A stretch of 64,000 bases of DNA from an uncultured Acidobacteriota bacterium (GCA_963813155.1 CAWEYG010000001.1:32001-96000), one strand, 5' to 3'; counted from the first letter of the stretch, positions 10,326 to 29,892 are shown. Notes: generated from the letters alone by a model not told the origin. Made by a program: numbers and translations.

Positions 10326-10378
10326 CCCGGCTCTCCTTGCGTGTTCACGCGACGTGCTAGATTGGAAGCTTAACCGAA

Positions 10379-11167
10379 ATGCGATCAAAACCGGCCCCTC
10401 CGCGCCGCCTCCGAGTCGGAATCCTCGGTCTCGGCAGGGCCGGAAAAGCGCTCCGCAACTCGCTTCGGGAGGCCGGCCACTCCGTCGCCCGCCTCTCGCG
10501 CGGAGGCGCGCCGCCGCGCGGAGACCTCGACTTGATCGTGCTCGCGGTTCCCGACGATGCGATTCGCGGGGAGAGCCGTCGCCTCGCGCGCCAGGGCGCC
10601 CGCTGCCGGATCGCGATGCACCTGTCCGGCGCCCTCGATTCCTCGGCGCTCGCGGCGCTCGGGAAAACGGGAGCAAGCGTCGTCTCCTTCCACCCCCTGC
10701 GCAGTTTTTCGGGCAAGCCCGGAGAGAGCTTTCACGGATGCTCCGTCGCGATCGAAGGAGAGCCGCCGGCGGCGCGAACGGCCCGGCGCCTCGCCCGGGA
10801 GTTCGGCGCGTCCCCCTGGAGCGTGTCCCGGGATGCGAAGCCGCTCTATCACGCGGCGGCCACTCTCGCGGCGGGAGGCACCGCCGCGCTCGTCGCGGCC
10901 GCTTCCCTCGCCGCCTCGGCCGCGGGGCTGCCCGCGCGGGCCGCTCAGCGCGAATTCGCCGCCCTGGCGGCCTCCGCCGCAGAGAACGTTCGCCGTCTCG
11001 GCTTCCCGGCCGGCGCGACCGGCCCGCTGGCCCGGGGCGATCGGGCGACCCTGAGGCTCCACCGGCGAGCTCTGGCTCGCGATCCGTCCCTTCGGCGGCT
11101 CTACCTCGAGCTCGCGCGAGCCTATCGAAGGTTAATGGTCGTTGACCGGCCCTCGGGGCGACACTAA
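10379..11167 (+). CDS. Rossmann-like/DUF2520 domain protein
   Basis: GILGLGRAG, AVPDD, HLSGA, FHPL, YHAAA, TGPLARGD. Confidence 0.85.
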   Translation: MRSKPAPPRRLRVGILGLGRAGKALRNSLREAGHSVARLSRGGAPPRGDLDLIVLAVPDDAIRGESRRLARQGARCRIAMHLSGALDSSALAALGKTGASVVSFHPLRSFSGKPGESFHGCSVAIEGEPPAARTARRLAREFGASPWSVSRDAKPLYHAAATLAAGGTAALVAAASLAASAAGLPARAAQREFAALAASAAENVRRLGFPAGATGPLARGDRATLRLHRRALARDPSLRRLYLELARAYRRLMVVDRPSGRH

Positions 11168-11170
11168 AAT
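11142..11170 (+). promoter_or_regulatory. sigma70-type promoter for the mglA-like gene
   Basis: TTGACC-17 nt-TAAAAT. Confidence 0.7.
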
Positions 11171-11209
11171 ACCCCCGTCGCTTAACTTCTCGTTGGAGCA
11201 AAGGTTTCG

Positions 11210-12574
11210 ATGGTTTTTTTCAACTATGCCACGATGCAGATGGCAGCCAAGGTCGTTTACTACGGCCCGGGGCTTTGTGGAAAAACTACGAACCTCCACC
11301 ACATCTACGGGAAGACCTCGCCGACCTCCCGCGGGGAGATGATCTCGCTCGAGACCGAAACGGACCGCACCCTCTTTTTCGACCTCCTTCCCATCGACGT
11401 CGGGATCATCGGCGGCTTCAAGACCCGGCTCCAGCTCTACACGGTCCCGGGACAGGTCTTCTACAACACGACGCGCAAGCTCGTGCTCCGGGGCGTCGAC
11501 GGCATCGTCTTCGTCGCCGATTCGCAGCGCGCGATGAAAGACGCGAACGTGGAGAGTTTCCAGAACATGGAGTCCAACCTCGGGGAGATCGGCCTGACCT
11601 CGAGCGACATCCCGCTCGTCCTGCAGTTCAACAAGAGGGACCTCTCGAACATCCTTCCCGTTCCCGAGTTGATCGACTCGCTCGATCCGACGGGGCAGTT
11701 TTCCCACCTCGAGGCGAGCGCCCTGCGCGGCGACGGAGTTTTCGAGACGCTCAAGGAAATTTCAAAGCTCACGCTCAAGTCCCTCAAGCGCAAAATGCTG
11801 GGCGAGGATCGCCCCGCCTCGCGCCCGACGGCGAGCCGCCCCAAGGCGCCGGCCGCCGCCGCGCCCGAGCCCCCTCCGGCTCCTTCCCTGGCGCCGGCGG
11901 AGGAGCCGAAGATCTCGCTGTCGGACCTGAGGGCCGACGCCGAGGCCGCGGCGACGGCGCTCGCGGAGCAGCTGGAGACCGACGGATTCTTCGAAAGCAC
12001 CGAGATGGTCGAGAGCGTCGACGAAATCGCGCCCGACGTCGAGCCGGCCGGAGAGGATTTCTCCACGCCCGTCATCGAGTTTCTCTCTCCCTCCGACGAG
12101 TCGCCAATGCCGGAGGAGGAACCGCTCGTCCCAGGGCCGCCGCCGGCGCCCGAAGAGCCGGTCCAGATCGACTTCGAGCAGGCCGCCGTGCCCTCCACGG
12201 GAGACGGGGTTCGCCACGTCAAGGTTCGCTCCAACGTGGACATCCTCTCGGAGCTGGAAAAGCTGCGAAAGAACGCGACGCTCAAACCGATGCCCGAGGC
12301 GGCGCCTGTGCGCCGGCCGACGGCGAGCGAAATCTCCCTCGACGATCTGCTCGCTTCGGGATCCAACCACCGCAAGGAAGTCCAGCGGCTCGTCGAAATC
12401 GAAATGAAGAAGAAGGATCTCAGCCGCGCGAGCCGGATCGTCGTCTCGCTCCGCCTCGACGACCCCAAGCACAAGGTGATCGGCGAGGAGCGCAGCTACG
12501 ACATCGACTTGAGCGACATGAAGGACGTGGAGAAGCTGCTGGTGTCCTTGAGGCTCCACGTGAACGGAAAATAG
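11210..12574 (+). CDS. MglA-family small GTPase with long Pro/acidic linker and C-terminal domain
   Basis: YYGPGLCGKTTNL, ETDRTLFFD, LYTVPGQVFY, NKRD; about 260 extra residues. Confidence 0.9.
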   Translation: MVFFNYATMQMAAKVVYYGPGLCGKTTNLHHIYGKTSPTSRGEMISLETETDRTLFFDLLPIDVGIIGGFKTRLQLYTVPGQVFYNTTRKLVLRGVDGIVFVADSQRAMKDANVESFQNMESNLGEIGLTSSDIPLVLQFNKRDLSNILPVPELIDSLDPTGQFSHLEASALRGDGVFETLKEISKLTLKSLKRKMLGEDRPASRPTASRPKAPAAAAPEPPPAPSLAPAEEPKISLSDLRADAEAAATALAEQLETDGFFESTEMVESVDEIAPDVEPAGEDFSTPVIEFLSPSDESPMPEEEPLVPGPPPAPEEPVQIDFEQAAVPSTGDGVRHVKVRSNVDILSELEKLRKNATLKPMPEAAPVRRPTASEISLDDLLASGSNHRKEVQRLVEIEMKKKDLSRASRIVVSLRLDDPKHKVIGEERSYDIDLSDMKDVEKLLVSLRLHVNGK

Positions 12575-12585
12575 CGTACAATCCG

Positions 12586-14247
12586 ATGGTGCGGCCCAGC
12601 CGGCCAGGCCTTCCACGCGCTTTCCCGACTGTGGCAGCGATCCTGCTTTCGCTGGCTCTCTCATCCTGCGCGCCCACTCAACGGCCGAGACTTTCCGTCG
12701 TCGCGATTCCAGCTCGCCCGTCCGCTCCTTCCCTGATCGAGCGGTCGAGCGACTTCTTCTACTCCGGGAAGAGGGCCGCCCTTTCGGGCGACTTCGAGTG
12801 CGCCGAAGATCAATTTCAACTCGCGTTGAACGCTGTCATTCCGCCCGCCGGGCCGCGCCCGGAAGCTTCCGACGTGACCGAGTTCTCCGCCTCGCTGTAC
12901 GAGAGCATTCGCCGCTACGAGGCGATGGCCCAGACCGCCGCGGAAGCCGATCCGCAGGAAGCGCGCGACACGCCCGACGAGCTCGTCGGGGTCTCGGGCC
13001 AGAACTCTGCGGCGGATCTCGCCCTCGCGCGCGAGGAAGTGAAGACCGACGACCGCGCGGCGGCGTTCGATCTTCCGGTCGCCGTCAACGAGCAGGTGCT
13101 GAACATGGTTGCGAGCTTCTCGGCCCGGCCGGGTGTTCGCCACCGCTTCGAAGAAGGCCTCGGGAGAGCCGGCAAGTACATGCCGATGATCCGCGCCGTC
13201 CTCGAGCGCGAGGGGCTTCCGAAAGACCTGGCCTACGTCGCGATGATCGAGTCGTCGTTCAAGACCCGGGCCCGGTCCCGGGCACGGGCGCAGGGCGTCT
13301 GGCAGTTCATCGGAGCCACCGGCCGCCGCTACGGGCTCCACCGGACCGCGGCCGTCGACGAGCGGTCGGATCCGGTGAAAGCGACGGAAGCGGCGGCGGG
13401 CTATTTCAAGGACCTCCACGAAATCTTCAACGACTGGTACCTCGCGATGGCCGCTTATGACGCCGGCGAGGGACGGGTCGCTCGCGCGCTCGCGCGGACC
13501 GGCGCCGAAACCTACTGGGATCTCTGCCGTCTCGGAGCGCTCCCGAAGGAAACCCGGCTGTATGTGCCGTCCGTGATCGCCGCCGCGCTGATCGACAAAA
13601 ACCCTGCGCACTACGGTTTCCACGTCGAGCCGGAAGCGCCGGTTGCGTTCGAAACGGTCCGGCTGAACAAGCCGGTCAACGTCCACCGCCTCGCCCAGAC
13701 GTGCCGCCTGGATGCCGACGAGCTCCTCGAGCTGAACCCGGAGCTGCGCGGCTCGACGACGCCGAAAAACCCGTCCGGATACGACCTTCGTGTCCCCGTC
13801 GGCGCCGGAGAAATCGTGAACGCCCGCCTCGGCCAGGTTCCGGCAGCCGCGGCCCCCTCCCTGCGGCAGTACCGCGTTCGAAAGGGCGAAACCCTCGCGA
13901 GAGTGGCGCGACGCTACGGCGTCTCGCTCGCCTCGCTCGCCGAAGCGAACGACCTGAGCCCCCGAGCGCGGCTCACCCCGAGACGGCTCCTCGTGATTCC
14001 CGAGCGGGAGGAGGCCTCCGTCTCGCGCCGGCCGAAGAAGCGGGACAGCCGACGGACCGCCGAGGCGAGCGAGGCGGCACCCGACCGAACCGCCTCCGCC
14101 TACAGCGTCCGGAAGGGGGACACGCTCTTCTCGATCGCCAACTCCCACCACACGACGGTCCAGAAGCTCCGGGAGTGGAACCGCCTCGATGCGAGCAACG
14201 CGATCCAGCCGGGAGACCGCCTGAATCTCGCGCCCGCCAACCGCTGA
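12586..14247 (+). CDS. mltD: MltD-like lytic transglycosylase lipoprotein with LysM domains (start may be GTG 12589)
   Basis: Lipobox LALSSC; SLT motifs IESS, GVWQFI, AAYDAG, ETRLYV; LysM YRVRKGETL and YSVRKGDTL. Confidence 0.88.
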   Translation: MVRPSRPGLPRAFPTVAAILLSLALSSCAPTQRPRLSVVAIPARPSAPSLIERSSDFFYSGKRAALSGDFECAEDQFQLALNAVIPPAGPRPEASDVTEFSASLYESIRRYEAMAQTAAEADPQEARDTPDELVGVSGQNSAADLALAREEVKTDDRAAAFDLPVAVNEQVLNMVASFSARPGVRHRFEEGLGRAGKYMPMIRAVLEREGLPKDLAYVAMIESSFKTRARSRARAQGVWQFIGATGRRYGLHRTAAVDERSDPVKATEAAAGYFKDLHEIFNDWYLAMAAYDAGEGRVARALARTGAETYWDLCRLGALPKETRLYVPSVIAAALIDKNPAHYGFHVEPEAPVAFETVRLNKPVNVHRLAQTCRLDADELLELNPELRGSTTPKNPSGYDLRVPVGAGEIVNARLGQVPAAAAPSLRQYRVRKGETLARVARRYGVSLASLAEANDLSPRARLTPRRLLVIPEREEASVSRRPKKRDSRRTAEASEAAPDRTASAYSVRKGDTLFSIANSHHTTVQKLREWNRLDASNAIQPGDRLNLAPANR

Positions 14248-14283
14248 GCGCGGGAGCCCTCCCCTTTTTCGTCGCGCCCGCCC

Positions 14284-14312
14284 TTGTGATCCCGGCCAGA
14301 ATCCGCTAAGCT
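14284..14312 (+). promoter_or_regulatory. sigma70-type promoter for comM
   Basis: TTGTGA-17 nt-TAAGCT; GAAGGAGG RBS before ATG 14393. Confidence 0.55.
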
Positions 14313-14392
14313 TCTCGAGTCCTCACCCCGGGTCCTCACCGAACAATTCGCGCCTGGTCAGCTCCGTTCTTCGGCCCCCCGAAGGAGGAACC

Positions 14393-22749
<8,357 letters not shown>

Positions 22750-22776
22750 CAGCGCGACGATAGCACCGGTCAGATT

Positions 22777-22877
22777 CTCCCTCTCCCCTTGTGGGAGAGG
22801 GTCGGGGTGAGGGGTAGTCACAGGGTCGCGCCCCCTCACCCGCCGCTGCGCGGCGGCCTCTCCCACAGGGGGAGAGG
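22777..22877. repeat. Inverted pair of CCTCTCCC..GGGAGAGG..GGTGAGGGG palindromic repeats (REP-like)
   Basis: Copy at 22777-22814 and inverted copy at 22832-22877; related copy at 53306-53353. Confidence 0.75.
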
Positions 22878-22889
22878 CGAAGACGAGCC

Positions 22890-23483
22890 CTACGACTTCG
22901 CGGCGCGCAGCTGCGAGATCTGGACCTGGAGGTCGGCGAGCCGCGGCAGCTCGGGGTGTTCCTTCTTCAGGCGATCGAACGTCGTCTGGGCGTTCTGGGC
23001 GTCTTTCAAATCGAACGCGTAGACGAGCGTCATGTTGAGCAGCGACTGCGCATGGGTCGGAGCGACCTTCTGCGCCCGCTCGTACATGTCGAGGGCTTTG
23101 CGAAATTCCCCGAGGTTCCGGTAGCTCGAGCCGAGGTCCGTCAGCACGTTCGGATCGCTTCCGCGGGAAGGGAGCGCTTTCTCGTAGGCCTGGGTAGCCG
23201 AGCTCCAGTCCGCCATGTCGTAGTACGTGTTCGCGAGCTGCAGCTCCAGGTCCGCGTTTTGCGGGTCGCGCGCGAGGGCGTTCTGCAGGTCCTTGACCTT
23301 CGCGAGAAGCTCGGGAGAGGCAGAGACCGCCGGCCCTCCGCCGCCGGCCGCCGGGGACGCGGTCGATGACGCCGAAGGCGCGGCCGCCGCGGCCGGCGCG
23401 CGACCGCCGAAGCCCACGAAGTAGCCGACGATGAACCCCGCGAGGAGACCGCACACCGTGAAGAGCACGTTGTCGCGATTCAC
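22890..23483 (-). CDS. Membrane-anchored TPR protein
   Basis: N-terminal TM; TPR motifs LANTYYD, LGSSYRNLG; GTG start overlaps upstream stop. Confidence 0.85.
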   Translation of the reverse strand: MNRDNVLFTVCGLLAGFIVGYFVGFGGRAPAAAAAPSASSTASPAAGGGGPAVSASPELLAKVKDLQNALARDPQNADLELQLANTYYDMADWSSATQAYEKALPSRGSDPNVLTDLGSSYRNLGEFRKALDMYERAQKVAPTHAQSLLNMTLVYAFDLKDAQNAQTTFDRLKKEHPELPRLADLQVQISQLRAAKS

Positions 23484-24193
23484 TTCTCCTCCGGGTCCGA
23501 CGTCTGTTTCCGCGCGCTCCAGGTCCCCGAGGAGGCCGCTCCGCCCGACACGTCCGTGGACTCCCATGTTCCCGCCAGCGACGACCCGTCCCGGGAGAGC
23601 CTCCCGTAGTAAACGGCGTTGAGTCCCAGCCGCGAGTCCACGCGGTCGAGCTTCAGCCGATCCGCGACGAGCGTTCCGCGGACGGATCCGGTGAAGCCGC
23701 CTTCCAGCGTGTAGTCGCCCGAGACGAGCGTGCCGTCGAGCGACAGGTGAAGGTCGCCCTCCTGCTCGCCGGGATCGACCCGCATCTTCCAGTCGCCCGA
23801 AAGCAAGTCCTCCCGGCGTCCCCGCCCTCCGGAATCCTTCTCGAGCCCCGCGATTCTCTCGCGGACGTCGGCAATGCGCCCGAGGCAGAGTCGCTGCTCC
23901 AGGACGAGCGCCTCGACGGCAGACGCCGTGCGCGCGAGCGCGTCGGCCGATTCTCCCCAGGCTCCATCGGGCCGCGACGCGGCGTCGGACGCCGCCCGCG
24001 ACGAAGCCGAGAGCTCCGCGAGGGCGGCTTCGAGCTTGCGCGTCGCCTCGTTGAACCGGCGGTTCTCGGTCGCGAGTTGCCGCCGTTCGAGAGCGAGAAT
24101 CGAGCGGACCGCTTCGGTGCGGGCGTCGCCAAAAAGAAATGCCGCCATCGAAATGGCGGCAATCGCGATCAGGAACTTGCCGGGCCTTGCCAT
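23480..24193 (-). CDS. Hypothetical secreted coiled-coil protein with beta-rich C-terminal domain
   Basis: Signal-like N-terminus, heptad pattern, C-terminal LSGDW/GDY/GTW strands. Confidence 0.65.
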   Translation of the reverse strand: MARPGKFLIAIAAISMAAFLFGDARTEAVRSILALERRQLATENRRFNEATRKLEAALAELSASSRAASDAASRPDGAWGESADALARTASAVEALVLEQRLCLGRIADVRERIAGLEKDSGGRGRREDLLSGDWKMRVDPGEQEGDLHLSLDGTLVSGDYTLEGGFTGSVRGTLVADRLKLDRVDSRLGLNAVYYGRLSRDGSSLAGTWESTDVSGGAASSGTWSARKQTSDPEEK

Positions 24194-24204
24194 GGGGCAG
24201 GTGG

Positions 24205-24711
24205 TCAGTTCGAGGCGGACTTTTGCATCGACCGGGCGAGCGCCCGATCCACCCGGCGCGTGACTTCTTCCTCGCTCGCCCCGTCGATCACCGCGATCTC
24301 GGAAACGATGAGGTACTTCGCGCGCTCGTACATCTTCTTCTCGCGGAACGAAAGGGCCTTCTTCTGCATCACGTGATTCAGGGCCTTCAGCACCTCGGCG
24401 ATGTCCTGCAGCCGTCCGCTCTTCATCTTGTCCAGATTCTGCTTGTACCTTCCCTTCCAGTCGGCCAGGGGAGAGACCCGCCCGTTGGCCAGGGTCCGCA
24501 GAAGAGAATTGACTTCCTTCCGGATCGTGAGGCGGCGGAGCCCGATCAGATCGCTGTTTTCGATCGGAACCATCACCTTGGAATTGTTGGAAATCAGCCT
24601 CAGGTGGAGATAAGTATTTCGCAGGCCGGCGATTTCCGATTCGCGGATCTGCTCCACGATCGAAACCCCGTGGTTGGGATAGACAATCTTCTCACCAACT
24701 CGAAATCCCAA
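24205..24711 (-). CDS. carD: CarD family transcription factor
   Basis: FRVGEKIVYPNHGV, conserved Trp in DWKGRY, LSFREK; TTG start with GAAGGAGG. Confidence 0.92.
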   Translation of the reverse strand: MGFRVGEKIVYPNHGVSIVEQIRESEIAGLRNTYLHLRLISNNSKVMVPIENSDLIGLRRLTIRKEVNSLLRTLANGRVSPLADWKGRYKQNLDKMKSGRLQDIAEVLKALNHVMQKKALSFREKKMYERAKYLIVSEIAVIDGASEEEVTRRVDRALARSMQKSASN

Positions 24712-24736
24712 GTCAGCCTCCTTCGTCGAGCCCCCA

Positions 24737-24765
24737 ATTCTACCCGAACGGGCCGCCCGCGTCAA
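24737..24765 (-). promoter_or_regulatory. sigma70-type promoter for carD
   Basis: Minus strand TTGACG-17 nt-TAGAAT. Confidence 0.75.
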
Positions 24766-24817
24766 ATCGGCGCGTCCGACCGAGGGGAGGCGTCCCCTCG
24801 GCTCCCCTCCCTTGATC

Positions 24818-24846
24818 TTGACTGGCCCATCCGGCGACTCGATAAT
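24818..24846 (+). promoter_or_regulatory. sigma70-type promoter for tRNA-Leu
   Basis: TTGACT-17 nt-GATAAT, 8 nt before the tRNA. Confidence 0.7.
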
Positions 24847-24854
24847 CGCCTCGC

Positions 24855-24941
24855 GCCGGAGTGGTGAAATTGGTAGACGCACGGGACTCAAAATCCCGCG
24901 GGGGCAACCCCATGTCGGTTCGATTCCGACCTCCGGCACCA
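24855..24941 (+). tRNA. tRNA-Leu(CAA)
   Basis: Acceptor stem GCCGGAG/CTCCGGC, anticodon arm CGGGA-CTCAAAA-TCCCG, long variable arm, GGTTCGATT, encoded CCA. Confidence 0.97.
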
Positions 24942-25032
24942 CCCGCCTCCCGGATGAGTTATTTCCGCGCATCTTCCACAAAATACGGAGGAAACAGCCC
25001 GGGCGTCTAGGACCCGGGACGCCAGGGCAACG

Positions 25033-25665
25033 TCAGCGCCAGGGCTTTGTCACCCAGAGAGAACGCCGATCGCAAAGACTGGCTTCGATTTCGGCCAGGC
25101 GAGCCCTCCACGAGACCCCTGGAATCAGCTCGTCGATGAGGCCGAGCCGAAGCGCCGAGGCCGAGTCGAAGACCTCCCCGCCGCGAAAGAGCCGGCGCGC
25201 GCCCGCGGCGCCGAGGAGGAGGGGCGCGAGAACGGTTCCTCCCCAACCGGTGATGAACCCGAGGCGAGGCCCCGGGTGGCAGAAGGTCGCGCGCGTCGAA
25301 GCGAGGCGAACGTCGCAGCCCATGGCGAGATCGAGCGCTCCGCCGAAGCAGGCGCCGTCGATTTCGGCGACGATCGCCGCCGGAACCCTCGCGAGAGAGA
25401 AAATCGCCTCCTGCCCCTTCCGGGCATAGGAGTGGGCGTCCGGCCCGCTCAACTCGCGGATCCGTGTCAGGTCGGCTCCCGCGGCGAAGAGCCCTTCGCG
25501 GCGCGATTCGACCGTGATCAGAGAGCTTCCCCTTCCGCTTTCGGCCGCCGCGCCTTCGGCGAGCTCCGCGAGAAGCCCGGGCGAAAGGGTCTGCCGCCCG
25601 TCGTCGGAATCGAGCCGGAAGCGCGAGACCGCGCCGTCCCGCTCGATTGTCCAGAAGGCCGTCAC
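25033..25665 (-). CDS. Enoyl-CoA hydratase/isomerase family protein (short, atypical catalytic residues)
   Basis: [27 protein letters not shown]. Confidence 0.85.
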   Translation of the reverse strand: MTAFWTIERDGAVSRFRLDSDDGRQTLSPGLLAELAEGAAAESGRGSSLITVESRREGLFAAGADLTRIRELSGPDAHSYARKGQEAIFSLARVPAAIVAEIDGACFGGALDLAMGCDVRLASTRATFCHPGPRLGFITGWGGTVLAPLLLGAAGARRLFRGGEVFDSASALRLGLIDELIPGVSWRARLAEIEASLCDRRSLWVTKPWR

Positions 25666-26081
25666 GCCTTCTGTTTTTGTCCGGTTCTTTGTCCGATTTC
25701 CTGCTGGATGAAGGCAACGATGTCGCGGGTGGACGACCCGGGAAGAAAGATCTTCCGGATGCCCAGCTTCAGGAGGGATTCGATGTCCTTCTCGGGGATG
25801 ATCCCGCCGACGAAAACGGGGATGTCGGCGCCTCCGCGCCGTTTGAGCTCTTCGAGGGTCTCGGGAACGAGCACGTTGTGCGCCCCCGACAGGATCGAGA
25901 TCCCGACGCAATCGACGTCCTCCTGCACCGCGGCGGCCGCAATTTGCGCGGGAGTCTGGCGCAGGCCCGTGTAGATGACCTCCATCCCGGCGTCGCGAAG
26001 GGCGCGGGCGACGACCTTGGCTCCCCGGTCGTGGCCGTCCAGACCGGGCTTCGCCACGAGGACTCTCAGCGGATGGTCCAT
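25662..26081 (-). CDS. Cobalamin-binding subunit of an acyl-CoA mutase (MCM C-terminal type)
   Basis: [30 protein letters not shown]. Confidence 0.93.
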   Translation of the reverse strand: MDHPLRVLVAKPGLDGHDRGAKVVARALRDAGMEVIYTGLRQTPAQIAAAAVQEDVDCVGISILSGAHNVLVPETLEELKRRGGADIPVFVGGIIPEKDIESLLKLGIRKIFLPGSSTRDIVAFIQQEIGQRTGQKQKA

Positions 26082-26149
26082 AAGCTGCGGGAATTCTAAC
26101 AGATCCGTTCCGTCTCCTCGACCCCGCCCCGCTCGCGTAAGATTCCTCC

Positions 26150-27158
26150 GTGCCAGGCCCCCTGTCCCCCGACCAGGCCGTCCGCGACGCGTTCCGGTCG
26201 GGGCTCCTGCCGAAGGCGTCGCGCCTGCTGCTCGCCGTCTCGGGAGGCGCCGATTCGATGGCTCTCGTCGCGGCCTTTCGGGAGGTCGCCCCGGAATTCG
26301 AGGTCGAATTCGAGGCGGCCCACGTGGACCACGGGTGGCGCGGGAAAGAAGGAAGAGCCCACGCCGATTTCGTCGCGCCGCTTCTGCCGGAGGCGGGCGA
26401 TTCCGTTCCACCTGGCCGCGGGACGGGTCGACTCGAAGGGCCGATCTCGCGAGGACGCGGCCCGGGATTTTCGGTATGACCGCCTCCGCTCGATCGCGGG
26501 CGAAATCGGCGCCGCGGGCATCGTCACGGCGCACACGCTGGACGATTCCGCCGAAACGTTGCTGCTCGCCCTGCTGCGCGGGCGGCCGCTCGGCGGCCTG
26601 GCGGGAATCCGCGAGCGGCGCGACGACGCGGTCCTTCGGCCTTTTCTCGGAGTGTCGCGCCAGAGCGTCCTGCGTTTCCTCCGCTCGCGGCGCGTGCCGT
26701 ATCGCTCCGACTCCTCGAACCGCGACGTCTCCCTCGACCGGAACTGGATCCGGCGAAAGGTCCTGCCCTCGCTCGCCCGGCGGTTCGGGCATTCCGTCGG
26801 CGCGAATCTCGCGGCATCGGCCGAGGCGCTGTCCCGCGACCGCGAATGGATCGAGGAGATCTTCCGCCGCGAGGCGGAATCCGCTCTCGAGCTGTCGCCG
26901 GGGACCGCCAGCGTGCGCCTCTCCGCGCTCGCCGGGCTTCCGTCCGCGGGGGTTCGCCGCATTCTCCTCGTCATGGCGCGGACGGCCGGCGGCGACCGGT
27001 TCGCCCCGACCCGGCGCGAGCTTCTCGCGATCGAGCGCCTCGCGGCCGACGGCGGGGAGTTTCGTTTTCAGGCGGGACGGAGAGTGGATTTCATCGCCCG
27101 CCGCGGCCGCCTGCGCGCCCTTGCGGCGACGCGAAAAGCGAGCCCGAAAACGAGATAG
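26150..27158 (+). CDS. tilS: tRNA(Ile)-lysidine synthase (frameshift near 26378)
   Basis: [15 protein letters not shown]; second frame [28 protein letters not shown]. Confidence 0.9.
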
Positions 27159-27176
27159 AATCTCGGCGATCAGAGC

Positions 27177-27716
27177 ATGCAGTCCGAGCTGACCCTGAAA
27201 TACACCGCCGAGGAAATCGAGTCCCGCGTCACGGACGTGGCCGGACGCATCGGAAGGGACTATCGGGACCGCCCCCTCGTGCTCGTGTCGCTCCTGAAGG
27301 GATCGGCGTTCTTTCTCGCCGATCTGAGCCGCAAAATCGACGCTCCCCACGGCTACGAATTCATCAACGTGATCCGCCGCGAGTCCGGGGGAAGCGAATC
27401 GATCGAGATCGACTTTTCGACTCCCCTTTCGATCGCCGGCAAAGACGTGGTCGTTCTCAAGGACGTCGTCAACACCGGGATCATCGAGGCCTACCTGATG
27501 AACCAGCTGCGAACCGACGGGCCGGCCTCGATCCGCTTCGCCGCGATCGTCGACAAGCCCAACGAGAGGCGGACCTCGGTTCTCGTGGATTACGCTCTCT
27601 TCACCTCCCAGGACGCCGACCTGCTCGTCGGTTACGGCATGGAGCAGGGGGGCCGGTTCGGGCACCTTCCGAGCATTGCGTCGATCTCGGCTCCCGCCGG
27701 CCAGAACGGGCAATAA
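27177..27716 (+). CDS. hpt: Hypoxanthine phosphoribosyltransferase-like protein with degenerate active site
   Basis: LLKGS, DKP, VGYGM and tilS-hpt-ftsH synteny; PRPP loop reads VLKDVVNTG. Confidence 0.75.
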   Translation: MQSELTLKYTAEEIESRVTDVAGRIGRDYRDRPLVLVSLLKGSAFFLADLSRKIDAPHGYEFINVIRRESGGSESIEIDFSTPLSIAGKDVVVLKDVVNTGIIEAYLMNQLRTDGPASIRFAAIVDKPNERRTSVLVDYALFTSQDADLLVGYGMEQGGRFGHLPSIASISAPAGQNGQ

Positions 27717-27776
27717 ATCCGGCCGGGGTTCCGTTATGCTTGGGGCGGGCACAGGCCCGGGCAAGGAGAGATCGCT

Positions 27777-29694
<1,918 letters not shown>

Positions 29695-29707
29695 CAGTTC
29701 CCAAAGG

Positions 29708-29848
29708 CTCGCTCGGCCCGATCGCGGCCTAGCCCCTGCGCCGACTCGGCAAGTCTTCTCGACCCTCGGCCGCAGTTCGCTTTCCCTCGGGATCTCGAAG
29801 ACCAGCCTGCGCCGGCGCGTTGACCCCGCCGCTCGCCGGCCTCGCTCG
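29708..29848. repeat. Structured intergenic repeat, copy 1
   Basis: Shares CGACCCTCGGCCGCAGTTCGCTTTCCCTCGGGATCTC core and similar flanks with 45419-45561. Confidence 0.85.
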
Positions 29849-29892
29849 AGAGAGGTCCCCCAGCCTCTACCGCGTGCCGATAAGATCCCTTT

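Noticed and set aside
10335-10362. CIRCE element upstream of hrcA
   Set aside because: Only one half-site-like CTAGCAC is present; no GAGTGCTAA arm at 9-nt spacing.
24855-25030. tRNA-Leu or tRNA-Thr as an integration site for an island
   Set aside because: No integrase and no duplicated tRNA 3' end seen in the window.
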